Of a stretch of 64,000 nucleotides of DNA, positions 46,881-55,352 are shown piece after piece. How positions within the stretch are numbered: the stretch's first letter is position 1; each line of letters starts with the position of its first letter. A program made the translations under genes and the position numbers. The notes beneath the pieces were generated by a model. It was not told the origin of the DNA and did no database searches. It saw only the letters and a program-made list of their open reading frames with translations. Origin of the DNA: Bacteroidota bacterium. Lineage in GTDB: Bacteria; Bacteroidota; Ignavibacteria; SZUA-365. The stretch spans positions 6,275 through 70,274 of the forward strand of contig JARYLZ010000007.1 in the NCBI GenBank assembly GCA_029907355.1, read 5' to 3'.

Positions 46881-47117
46881 CCGAAACGGCGGGATTCCTT
46901 ACGAACGTCCCTGCGGTTTCCGCTCGATGCGCGGCGGCTTTGCTCCCTTCCGCCCGCCCGAACGGCATGGCTTCGCCTGCATATCCCTTTCTGCTTTCGC
47001 GGCTCGGCGGCCCGCCTGCGCGCATGCCCTGTGATTGTGTTTTTCGCGCGAAAGCTTCTATCTTGATTGCGAGTCTTCTCGGCATCGCTTATCGCGTCAG
47101 GCGGGACCGGGAAAACC

Positions 47118-47204
47118 GGAGAGATGCAGGAGTGGTTGATCTGGCACGCCTGGAGAGCGTGTGTACGGGAAACCGTACCGTGGGTTCGAATCCCACTCTC
47201 TCCG
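47118..47204 (+). tRNA. tRNA-Ser (anticodon GGA)
   Basis: Hand-folded. Acceptor GGAGAGA/TCTCTCC (7 bp), D-arm CAGG-AGTGGTTGA-TCTG, anticodon arm CACGC-CTGGAGA-GCGTG (GGA), a long variable arm TACGG-GAAA-CCGTA, T-arm GTGGG-TTCGAAT-CCCAC and discriminator G. The anticodon arm is near-identical to E. coli serX. Confidence 0.8.
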
Positions 47205-47443
47205 CAGGAAAGACAGGCCGATCCGGTAGTGGGTGGGGGGTACTTTTAACGGGGAACGTACGATTCCGCGAAGTGTGCATGATGATGCTTCGCCGAATAT
47301 GCGGACTGCGGGTTTGCCCTTGGCAGCTCGTTCCCTCTCTCCTTATCTTCGATTTGGCATAAACACGGCTTTTTTCTTACTAAACGGCAAGATATTCCGA
47401 TCGCCTTCGAACGGGCAGAACATTCGGAGAACCCTGTGGACCG

Positions 47444-47812
47444 ATGAAACTGCTCCCGAAAACGGTTTTGCTGTTCGTCTTCCTTTGCTTGGCCACAGCA
47501 GGCACCAGCCATGCCCAATTCGTCGGGAACAGGAATTCGAAGAAATTCCACAACGAAGATTGTCGGTATGCCCGCCGGATATCCGAATCCAACCTTGTGA
47601 AATTCGAATCCGCCCGAGAGGCTCTTGCCCAAGGCTACAAACATTGTAAAGTATGCAGGCCGGCAGGGGAAAACTCGACGGCGACGGTCGCCCCCGACAG
47701 CACGGTTTCACGCGAGGATTCCGGAAGATGCCGGGCAATCACGAAACGGGGGACGCAGTGCAAACGGAAAGCTCTCCCGGGAAGCAAGTACTGCTGGCAA
47801 CCCAACAAGTAG
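47444..47812 (+). CDS. Small secreted protein with an Ada-type zinc-binding-like motif
   Basis: Signal peptide MKLLPKTVLLFVFLCLATAGTSHA. The motif KFHNEDCRYARRISESNLVKFESAREALAQGYKHCKVCRP follows the FH-x3-C ... N-x3-F-x-S-x2-EA-x3-GY-x-PC-x2-C-x-P pattern. A second Cys pair lies near the C-terminus. The gene sits in low-GC DNA. Confidence 0.5.
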   Translation: MKLLPKTVLLFVFLCLATAGTSHAQFVGNRNSKKFHNEDCRYARRISESNLVKFESAREALAQGYKHCKVCRPAGENSTATVAPDSTVSREDSGRCRAITKRGTQCKRKALPGSKYCWQPNK

Positions 47813-47827
47813 TTTAAAGTTCGCTCC

Positions 47828-48232
47828 ATGAAAAAGAGATCGATCATCGTTCTCGCGCTCGGTATCTCTTTCCTCGGCTGTGGCAATAGAGAGAAAGAAC
47901 AGGACACCGGTGCGACGAAACACGACACCGCCTCGCACTATTCCATCCCTTCTCGGAACAGGCATGCTATCCCGTACGATTATTCATTTAATGAGAATTT
48001 CCCGGACGGCATATACGAAGCAGAGGTGCAATACAACAACCCGAAAACAAGATATTCCGCTACATATACGCTCGATGTCGAGGTCGCGGACAACGTGGTG
48101 GTGAAAATCTATTTCCCGAACGGCGGGTGGCTGGATGAGGATCATATTATACCGAACGACCTCGATGAAGAAGGCTGGACGGAGATCGAAGGAGAAGAAG
48201 GCAAGACGTATCAGGTACGGATCTCCCGATAA
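47828..48232 (+). CDS. Hypothetical lipoprotein
   Basis: Signal and lipobox (LGISFLGCGN). 134 aa in AT-richer DNA. Confidence 0.5.
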   Translation: MKKRSIIVLALGISFLGCGNREKEQDTGATKHDTASHYSIPSRNRHAIPYDYSFNENFPDGIYEAEVQYNNPKTRYSATYTLDVEVADNVVVKIYFPNGGWLDEDHIIPNDLDEEGWTEIEGEEGKTYQVRISR

Positions 48233-48400
48233 GAGTATACAGGCGGGCTGTTCATCACGAGGATTCGTAACTGGTACAGAATCCGAACCATTTTCTTCGC
48301 TCACGCGAGCCGGGAAATATATCGCAACGGGGTCCAGACGAATAGAGGGGCGCGGCTTTCAGCAAGAGCGCGCCGGCTGTATTCTTCTGTATAATGATGA

Positions 48401-48949
48401 CTAATATGCCGCCTTCTTGTCTCGTTTCCCCCGCGGAACGAGCGGCCGGAACAGGATATGGTTCACCTGCACATGGTACATCGGGAACAAGCGACGCACA
48501 ACGAGTTCGCGATTCACCAGAAAGACGATGAAGAAAAGAACCTGAATTCCGTAGAGAGGGACACCGAGGCCGACAGCGACGCCTTCGGCGTCTCCCCCGT
48601 AGAGGAACGGCCCAATGGAAAGGTTGAGCGGATCGGCAAGAAAGAGGACCAGTGTCAGGTAGCAGAAGAATGTCCTCGTAAACAAAGCACGCAGGATGGA
48701 TAACTTCCCCCCGAACAGCAGGAGCGCGTACCCCGCAAGTATCGTGACGACATTGCCCGCCCCGGCGACCAACGCCCAATGCATACCCGACCGTTCGCCG
48801 ACAGGTGTTCTGTACTTGACCTCGAAGCCTATCGGCCGGATGTTGAATGATTCAAACTCGTTGTACAGTCTTGCCGCCGATGCATGCATGCCTTCATGCA
48901 CTGCGGCGAACGTGATCAATGAAAGGAGAAATGCCGACCACTTCATCAT
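48401..48949 (-). CDS. Putative membrane zinc metalloprotease (HExxH)
   Basis: 182 aa with 4-5 TM helices. The HExxH motif (VHEGMHASAA) follows the first helix, resembling DUF3267/YhfC-like proteases. Confidence 0.5.
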   Translation of the reverse strand: MMKWSAFLLSLITFAAVHEGMHASAARLYNEFESFNIRPIGFEVKYRTPVGERSGMHWALVAGAGNVVTILAGYALLLFGGKLSILRALFTRTFFCYLTLVLFLADPLNLSIGPFLYGGDAEGVAVGLGVPLYGIQVLFFIVFLVNRELVVRRLFPMYHVQVNHILFRPLVPRGKRDKKAAY

Positions 48950-49072
48950 GGGAAAACCCGCAAGATCGATGGCAAGAATATTCTCGTACCGCGGATAGTA
49001 TCCTTTCAGCTTCCGCGTGTTTCACGCAACGACTCGGTCATCGCAGAACATGGTGTCCCTGCCAGGCTGCAT

Positions 49073-51910
49073 TCATGCCCCGGCGTTCGGGTCCTCGATC
49101 CGGACCCTTTCCCTCAATCCGAGGTCGTCCAGTATCTGCTCGATGTCGTTCTTGAAATGTTGCACGCGACTGCTCTCCAGGGTGACCGAGAATTCGATAC
49201 CGATCCTCAGGTCCGATCCGTCCCGCAATTTCGGGAGGATTTTCGTCCCCAGACGGTTCCAGACCTCTGGAGGCACTTCGCCGGTGATGGTCAATCTCCG
49301 GGTGATGGGCGTCGCGCATACGCAGGGCTGTCGTTTGCATGTCGGGCATACGATCGGCTGGGGACACGTGCAAGGATACGTGCCGCATTTCGGGCACGTC
49401 TTCGGCAGCTGTTCGCATCGGCAGGGGATGGTCAGGCATTTCGGGCACACGGTTGCCGGTGGTTTCGCCGCGTCTTTCCATCTCTTCGCTTCGTCCTGCA
49501 AGAGCAGGAATACATCCGCCTCGAACATGATGTCCGCCGGATCGATGGGCTCCTCGAACAGCACACGATCGTACCCGCCACCCGGTTTTCGCCCGTAAGC
49601 GATCCCGAACTCTCCCCTGCCCACGAATTCGACGATTTTGTTTCGAAGGGTCGCGTCGGGGTCCAGAAGGCGCGTGAGCGAACCGTTCAGGAAGCTCTGG
49701 CGCAGTCCGGACAGCGGCCAAGCACCGGATTCACGGAACACAGGCGGCCAGTTCCGTTCAATGTATCCCGATCCGACGGACTCGCTCAAGAGGGCTTGGG
49801 ACTTCAATGCCGTTATGACCCTCCCACAGAGCGTCTCGCTCCCGCTCGAGTGACCCGCGCCGAGGTCGATGGATTTCAGCCCGTCCGCCTCCTTACTATC
49901 CGCGATGACCACGAAACGGTAACCGCCCCAGACCTCGTCTTTTGCGGCTTCCTCCGCATCCGTCACCTTCGATTGAAGTTCCGCTCGGTCGCTTCGGTCG
50001 AAATCCCCGCCGAGTGTTCCCTCGGCCACTTCCTTCGCGACGCGTTTCCATGCCAGCCACAACTCGACTTTGTCGCGGAGAACGCGGCCGGGTTTCTTGA
50101 GACACCACACGAGCGAGCCGGGATAGAGCCTTGGCGACTTGCCCCGCTGACTCGTCCACTCCGCGATCTGGCGGCGCAGATCGCCTGCTCCGGTCCATTC
50201 CGATTCCGGATCGACGATAACCAGCGTGAGACGCGGCGTATCCGGCACGGCTGTTCCATCTTCGGGGAAGGATACCACGGGTACAGTCGCCCCTCGTTCG
50301 AACTCCTTCCGGATGAGCATCCGCATCGCGGGTTTGATTTCGGATTCCTCGTCGAGCGACGCCCGCCGGTCGCTGACGACCTTCTTCAAGGTCGGCTGGT
50401 GGCTGATCTTGAACCCGTCCGAGCCCACCCGCCGAATGAAATACGATTTGTCTTCCAATGCGAAGGCGGCATTATCGATCGAGGTCGTGTCTACCGCCGG
50501 CTCACCCAGGGCAAAACGCAGCTCCGGCAGGTGGGCCACCTTGTCCACCTGCCCGCCGGAAGACTCGAAGAGAATCGTCGTCCCCACCCGGCGGTGGATG
50601 TTCTTGAGCACGCCCGTGGTGTCCGCGTCGAGCGCACGGGCATGCGAATGCGCGCCGGCGATGTCGGAATCGATGGCGGCCACGAGCCGGGATTCGCCGA
50701 GCTGGCCCAACACGACGCTGCGGAACTCCGGCACTTCCAGCGGGGCAGATCCCAGCGTGATGAGCGGCTCGCGCCGCGACTCGGTAAACCCGGTCCGGTA
50801 CGCCCAGGAAATCCACTGCGCGAGCATGGCCAGCGTCCCTCGCGTCTGCTGGTACTGCGAAAGCGCCTGCCATTTTCTCTGGAACACCGAAAGCGTCGCC
50901 GGGTGGAACGGGTAGCATGCCTCGAACCTGTTGCGCAGGAATTCCCTGGCTTTGGTCTCGGTCGTCGCGGTATCTACCGCCGTCCATTCGGGTGGGAGTT
51001 GCGCCCGCCGTTCGAAGCACCAGTCGGCGTAAGCCTTGGCGACGTTCTTCCGTACGCGATCGTTGCCCATGTCCTCGAACAGCCGGCGCCGCACGACCTC
51101 GCTGATCTCCGTCTCATCGTTGGCGATGAGGTCTTTCGCCACACGGCGTACGACCTTGGTGAGCCTTTCCTGCCACTGCATGTCCCAGTCGGTCATCTCG
51201 ACCTGGCTGCGGGGCAGGCTGATGACGGCGGCCCCGTGCGTAACACCCGTTGCTGCCACCGTCAAATTCTGAATGAAAGCGTGGAACTGCTCCGCCATGC
51301 CGCGATGGCGGTTCAGGAAATTCAGCACTTCGTCGAAAAGGAGGAGTACCTGGCCGCCCGCCGCCTGGAAAACGCGAGCCAAAGCCTCTGTACCCGGCGG
51401 CGTGGTCTTGGCCGCCGAGCCCAACTCACGCACCCCCGCCTCTCCGGCCAACTGCCGAGCGATATCGATCCACGGCGTCTCGCGCCCTTCCTGCGGGTCC
51501 CAGGCATTGCCGACGAAGACACCCACTCGCGCCTTGGGTACGGAGGAGAGCCCGGCCTCCTTCAGCAACTCGGGTACACCGTTGTATTCCGCCGCTTTGT
51601 CGCCGCACATGGCAAGGTGGTAGAGAGCCGTCAGCGTGTGCGTCTTTCCGCCGCCGAACTGGGTGATGAGCGTCATGACCGGTGCGGTGTTCTCCGTTTC
51701 ACCGGAGAGACGACGGAGCACCATACTCGTATATTCCCGCAAGGCACGAGTCCAGCACGTACGCTCGAAGAATTGTTTCGGGTCCCGGTAATCCTCGGGC
51801 GCGGTCCCGGCGATGACTTGTTCCAGGTGGATGGCGAACTCGTCCGGGTTGAACGAGCGGCCCTCGCGGACTTCCTTGCGCGGCGTGGAGACTTTGTACC
51901 AAGGATCCAT
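49073..51910 (-). CDS. DUF499-family ATPase (BrxC/PglY-like P-loop NTPase) with a Cys-rich CPxC-repeat C-terminal tail
   Basis: Walker A QFGGGKTHTLTALYHL. The N-terminal region is DUF499-like and the protein is long at about 945 aa. The start is placed at MDPWYKV (51910) because the 15 upstream codons of the track ORF are a translation of the polypurine repeat. The tail is TVCPKCLTIPCRCEQLPKTCPKCGTYPCTCPQPIVCPTCKRQPCVC. Confidence 0.8.
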   Translation of the reverse strand: MDPWYKVSTPRKEVREGRSFNPDEFAIHLEQVIAGTAPEDYRDPKQFFERTCWTRALREYTSMVLRRLSGETENTAPVMTLITQFGGGKTHTLTALYHLAMCGDKAAEYNGVPELLKEAGLSSVPKARVGVFVGNAWDPQEGRETPWIDIARQLAGEAGVRELGSAAKTTPPGTEALARVFQAAGGQVLLLFDEVLNFLNRHRGMAEQFHAFIQNLTVAATGVTHGAAVISLPRSQVEMTDWDMQWQERLTKVVRRVAKDLIANDETEISEVVRRRLFEDMGNDRVRKNVAKAYADWCFERRAQLPPEWTAVDTATTETKAREFLRNRFEACYPFHPATLSVFQRKWQALSQYQQTRGTLAMLAQWISWAYRTGFTESRREPLITLGSAPLEVPEFRSVVLGQLGESRLVAAIDSDIAGAHSHARALDADTTGVLKNIHRRVGTTILFESSGGQVDKVAHLPELRFALGEPAVDTTSIDNAAFALEDKSYFIRRVGSDGFKISHQPTLKKVVSDRRASLDEESEIKPAMRMLIRKEFERGATVPVVSFPEDGTAVPDTPRLTLVIVDPESEWTGAGDLRRQIAEWTSQRGKSPRLYPGSLVWCLKKPGRVLRDKVELWLAWKRVAKEVAEGTLGGDFDRSDRAELQSKVTDAEEAAKDEVWGGYRFVVIADSKEADGLKSIDLGAGHSSGSETLCGRVITALKSQALLSESVGSGYIERNWPPVFRESGAWPLSGLRQSFLNGSLTRLLDPDATLRNKIVEFVGRGEFGIAYGRKPGGGYDRVLFEEPIDPADIMFEADVFLLLQDEAKRWKDAAKPPATVCPKCLTIPCRCEQLPKTCPKCGTYPCTCPQPIVCPTCKRQPCVCATPITRRLTITGEVPPEVWNRLGTKILPKLRDGSDLRIGIEFSVTLESSRVQHFKNDIEQILDDLGLRERVRIEDPNAGA

Positions 51911-51925
51911 GATCAACCTACGGTT

Positions 51926-51960
51926 GGAAGGCAAAAGGAAAAAGGTAAAAGGCAAAAGGG
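51926..51960. repeat. Polypurine repeat copy a (GGAAGGCAAAAGGAAAAAGGTAAAAGGCAAAAGGG), in inverted orientation to copy b
   Basis: I read this copy directly. It lies between the DUF499 start and the four-helix-bundle stop. Its reverse complement nearly matches copy b at 52335-52382. Confidence 0.7.
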
Positions 51961-51962
51961 TG

Positions 51963-52334
51963 TCATTTTGACTTTCTCTTTTTCGCGTTTACGACGATCG
52001 ATCCGATGATCCGAGACAACTCGTTGGCTTCTCGATTCAGCGAGTCGATCTGATCGGCTTCGCCGAAGCCGGCGGCCCGTAACAATCGAAGCCAGTAGAT
52101 GGTTTCCCGCGCCTCTTTCAGGGCAATCGCATATTTACTGACGAAATCCGCCAAGCTTTGACCGGCCTGGGCTTCCTCGACATTCGAGCCGATGGAGGTT
52201 CCCGACCGAAGCAATTGCTTTCCCAATGCCCGTGAAACATCCGCATACGCTTCTAGCCGCCGACAAAGACGCACGATTTCCACCGCGAAAGCGAAGGTGC
52301 GCTCCTTGATGTCCCGCGGCTTATCATTGTTCAT
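51963..52334 (-). CDS. Four-helix-bundle protein (TIGR02436-like, the family known from 23S rRNA intervening sequences)
   Basis: 123 aa reading MNNDKPRDIKERTFAFAVEIVRLCRRL...ALGKQLLRSGTSIGSNVEEAQAGQS...YAIALKEARETIYWLRLL. This matches the conserved pattern of that family. It is bracketed by inverted polypurine repeats. Confidence 0.75.
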   Translation of the reverse strand: MNNDKPRDIKERTFAFAVEIVRLCRRLEAYADVSRALGKQLLRSGTSIGSNVEEAQAGQSLADFVSKYAIALKEARETIYWLRLLRAAGFGEADQIDSLNREANELSRIIGSIVVNAKKRKSK

Positions 52335-52382
52335 TTCCTTTTCCCTTTTGTTTTTTCCTTTTGCCTTTTTCCTTTTTCCTTA
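52335..52382. repeat. Polypyrimidine repeat copy b (TTTCCTTTTCCCTTTTGTTTTTTCCTTTTGCCTTTTTCCTTTTTCCTTA)
   Basis: It lies between the four-helix-bundle start codon and the DUF1156 stop codon. Copies c (about 52978-53015) and d (about 53094-53127) have the same orientation and sit inside the DUF1156 gene about 108 bp apart. Confidence 0.7.
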
Positions 52383-55352
52383 TCTCGGCACTCCCAGAAG
52401 CATCGCATCCAGCAGGCGCTTCTCTTCGCTCGCTTTCGGGTACAACGCCGAGAGGGCATTTGACAGCCGCAGGAAATCCGGGCCGCGTTCCATCTCGGCT
52501 TTTATGAGGGTCCGGAGTGCGTTGGTATGGCCCCCCGCTTGAAGGAGCATCGCGGCATGGACACGGTCGAGCGTCGTCGGACCATGTCCATCACGGCTAT
52601 TCAGAGAATGCAGAGATTCCTCATCCATAATGATCCTCTTTCCTCTGTGCCCTCTGTGTCTCCGTGGTGATTCTTCCATCTCGGGGAAGAGCACTAGCTG
52701 AAGGTTCTTCTTCGGGTCTTGAACGCTCCAGTCGGCCACAGCGTCCGCGCCATCCTCGCCGAAGAGCTGCCTGGCGCGTTCTGACACGGCCATGAGCCGC
52801 ACCACGCCTTTCTTCGTCTCGATGATGCGGCCCTCCCACTTGGGAAGGTCAATCCCCAGAGGCTGAGCGAAACGGCGCACCACGTCGAAGACAAGACTGA
52901 AACCTTTGGGCTTGCTTTTCGACTCGACGTCCTCGTCATCCTCCTCTTCCACCCAATCCCCGACCTCCTCATCGTTAATTCTTTTACCTTTTTCCTTTTC
53001 CCTTTTTCCTTCCCCATCTGTGACCTGCAGCGTCCACAGAAACAGTGCCGTCAGGCGTGCGTCCTCTTCCAACTCCTGCCCCGCCCCCTCCATTTTTCCT
53101 TTTACCTTTTTCCTTTTTCCTTCCCCCATCACCTGCTCCAGCGCCGTGCGGCCGACGACTTCCCATACTTTCTCCAGGAACTCCGCCAGTTTCACCTCGC
53201 GCCCCTCGGCGGTTTCGACTTTGCGGTAGCGGCTGAAGATTTCCAGCGCCGGGCCGATGCAGGCGAAGACGAGGTCTGCGCCGCGAATGCCCTCGCCCTG
53301 CAGCCGCTCCATCCAATCACCCACGCGCTTGGGAAGTTCTCGCAACACCTCGCCCCAGTCGCCCACCGGCGCATCCTCGGGCCGCGGGCGGCAGACGAGG
53401 TGGACGCTGGTTTCAAGTGCTGCGTAGCCCTGGCCGCGCATGCGCTGTCTGCGTTCGGTGGCGATGGGCCACGAACCGGTTGTGCGCCATCCCGCCTGTA
53501 CCAGCGCCGAGACGAGCGCTTCCCAGCGGTCGGTGTCCTTGTGGGCGAAAACAACCGAGGCCACTCCATCCTCGCGGATAATCCGCTTCATACGGCCAAA
53601 GGCCTCATACATGCGGCTCTCGTACCACTGACGGTCATGCACGCCGCTGTCCTTGACCGCACGGTTTTCTGTAAGTTCGCGGGCTTTTTCGGTCTCCAGG
53701 GCCGTGAAGGCCTGCGGCAGGCGATTCTTCAAGCCCAGCCGGAGCCAGCTGTAGAAAAAGTCTGAAAGGTGCGCGTAGGGAATCTGGTTGGCGTAGGGCG
53801 GGTCGGTGAAGACCAAGTCCACCGATTCTTCCGGCAGGACAGCGTCCAGCACGTTGGCCAGGAGCGGCGACGAGGGTTGGTAGCGGACGGTAGAGAGGTT
53901 CCGAAGCGCGCTCTGGACACTGCGGATGGAGTAGCCCAGGCCCTCGCAGTTCGGGCTCAAGGGATTGCCTTCCACAAAGTCGGCGCGCATGGGAACGCCG
54001 GAACCCTGTATGAAGATGGACGTTACCCCTTCCGAGAGCCAGACGCAAAGAGAGGTGTGGTACTGGCCATTGTCCGAGTAAGCCGCATAGAGGCAGGCGG
54101 CGAGACCGTCGAGCAGGTCTTTCTCCTTGGTCTTCTTGGCCGCTTCCTTGAGCGCGTCCTCGATGACCTCGTGCAGTACCCAGCGTGAGAAGCGTTGACG
54201 CGGGGCCAGGACTTCGACCCAAGTCTTGATTCCGTATGGACCAGGAGGAAATGCCCGCGTGTCGTTTTGCGGAAACCCGGCCATCTCAAACCTGATGTCC
54301 TTAGCTTTCACAAAAGCAGCAGAGAACGCTTTGAGGTCTTTAGGTGTCGGTGCGGAATATTCCTTTCCTCGGCTGTTTGTATTTCGCCACACGACCGCAA
54401 GAAGCATGGCATCATCCGCTCCGCCGCGCTTGTCGCGCAGTTGCGCCTGAACTCGTTCGCGCGGGGTAACCATGTGGCACTTCGGGCAGGTGGCGTTGTT
54501 CCCGGCAACGGTGCCGCGTTCGACCTCCTTGTCGCTGGAAGGCGTGAAGACCTCAATCTTCGGCTCCAACGATCCCTTGGGATATGTGATGCGCAGCGCT
54601 TTCTTGCGGCCCTTGGCCTGCGAAAGCCAGAGGTTACGCACGAGCGGAATGGTTGCCCCGCACCCGGCGGCCTCGCATTTGACGGTTCGCGCCCAGAGAT
54701 AGGCGAGCGGCTTCCGCCTGTACGCATCCGCCGGGTAGTACTCGCCCAGCCGCCTCTCTGCCTCTCTCAACACCCATTGTGACCATTCCTCGAACAGGTC
54801 GGCTAGTTGCGGTCCTTTGCGAGCACACCATTCGAGCGCGATCTTCAAGAGAAGCCACGCGACGGGATTGATGTCGGACGCAGTCACCTCGCAGCCGAGG
54901 CGCTGAGCTTCCAGCGGGATGGAGCCGCCGCCGGAGAACGGGTCCAGGACGTGCGGGACCGCACCGTGCGCGGCCTTCACCAGCTCGCGGGCCATGGAGA
55001 CGTAGCCTGCCACGCGGACGATGTCCCAGTTGGCGATGTCGGCCACGAAGGCCAGAAGCGCCTTTTGAAGGTCGGCGTCCTTCGGACCGACCTTCTTGTT
55101 CTGCTGGAGCGCCTTCCTCGCCGCCGCCTTGAACTCCGCCGGGCAGAGCGGGTCGCACGGGTCGGGGAGAAGCAGCGTCAGGAGAAGCGACCGGCAGGAG
55201 GCCAGCGGACGCCGCGCCCACCACGAGTGGAGAAGCGAGAGGTGGCCGCTGTCCACGCGGGTCTTGCGGTTGTTCTCCTCGACGCAGGCGTCGTTCACAC
55301 GCGACAGCGGAAAGTCCACCTCTGCCAGGCGTTTGCATTCTTTCGGGATCAT
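52380..55352 (-). CDS. DUF1156-family N6-adenine DNA methyltransferase (Zn-ribbon-containing)
   Basis: The N-terminus KRLAEVDFPLSRVN...SGHLSLLHSWWARRPLA is the DUF1156 signature. The SAM/catalytic region shows FSGGGSIPLEA and the DPPY motif (LVFTDPPYANQIPY). Cys pairs fit a Zn ribbon (CEAAGCG, CPKCH). A K/E/G-rich internal duplication is encoded by repeat copies c and d. Confidence 0.85.
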   Translation of the reverse strand: MIPKECKRLAEVDFPLSRVNDACVEENNRKTRVDSGHLSLLHSWWARRPLASCRSLLLTLLLPDPCDPLCPAEFKAAARKALQQNKKVGPKDADLQKALLAFVADIANWDIVRVAGYVSMARELVKAAHGAVPHVLDPFSGGGSIPLEAQRLGCEVTASDINPVAWLLLKIALEWCARKGPQLADLFEEWSQWVLREAERRLGEYYPADAYRRKPLAYLWARTVKCEAAGCGATIPLVRNLWLSQAKGRKKALRITYPKGSLEPKIEVFTPSSDKEVERGTVAGNNATCPKCHMVTPRERVQAQLRDKRGGADDAMLLAVVWRNTNSRGKEYSAPTPKDLKAFSAAFVKAKDIRFEMAGFPQNDTRAFPPGPYGIKTWVEVLAPRQRFSRWVLHEVIEDALKEAAKKTKEKDLLDGLAACLYAAYSDNGQYHTSLCVWLSEGVTSIFIQGSGVPMRADFVEGNPLSPNCEGLGYSIRSVQSALRNLSTVRYQPSSPLLANVLDAVLPEESVDLVFTDPPYANQIPYAHLSDFFYSWLRLGLKNRLPQAFTALETEKARELTENRAVKDSGVHDRQWYESRMYEAFGRMKRIIREDGVASVVFAHKDTDRWEALVSALVQAGWRTTGSWPIATERRQRMRGQGYAALETSVHLVCRPRPEDAPVGDWGEVLRELPKRVGDWMERLQGEGIRGADLVFACIGPALEIFSRYRKVETAEGREVKLAEFLEKVWEVVGRTALEQVMGEGKRKKVKGKMEGAGQELEEDARLTALFLWTLQVTDGEGKREKEKGKRINDEEVGDWVEEEDDEDVESKSKPKGFSLVFDVVRRFAQPLGIDLPKWEGRIIETKKGVVRLMAVSERARQLFGEDGADAVADWSVQDPKKNLQLVLFPEMEESPRRHRGHRGKRIIMDEESLHSLNSRDGHGPTTLDRVHAAMLLQAGGHTNALRTLIKAEMERGPDFLRLSNALSALYPKASEEKRLLDAMLLGVPR

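Noticed and set aside
45193-47085. 630-aa minus-strand ORF overlapping the fumarase gene in another frame
   Set aside because: It is an Arg/Gly/His-rich low-complexity translation. The fumarase frame has conserved class I motifs.
49157-52009. 950-aa plus-strand ORF, the longest antisense ORF in the window
   Set aside because: It is antisense to the DUF499 ATPase, which has a clear Walker A and a coherent domain order. The plus frame is Arg-rich and contains no motifs. It is a reminder that ORF length alone is not evidence at 65% GC.
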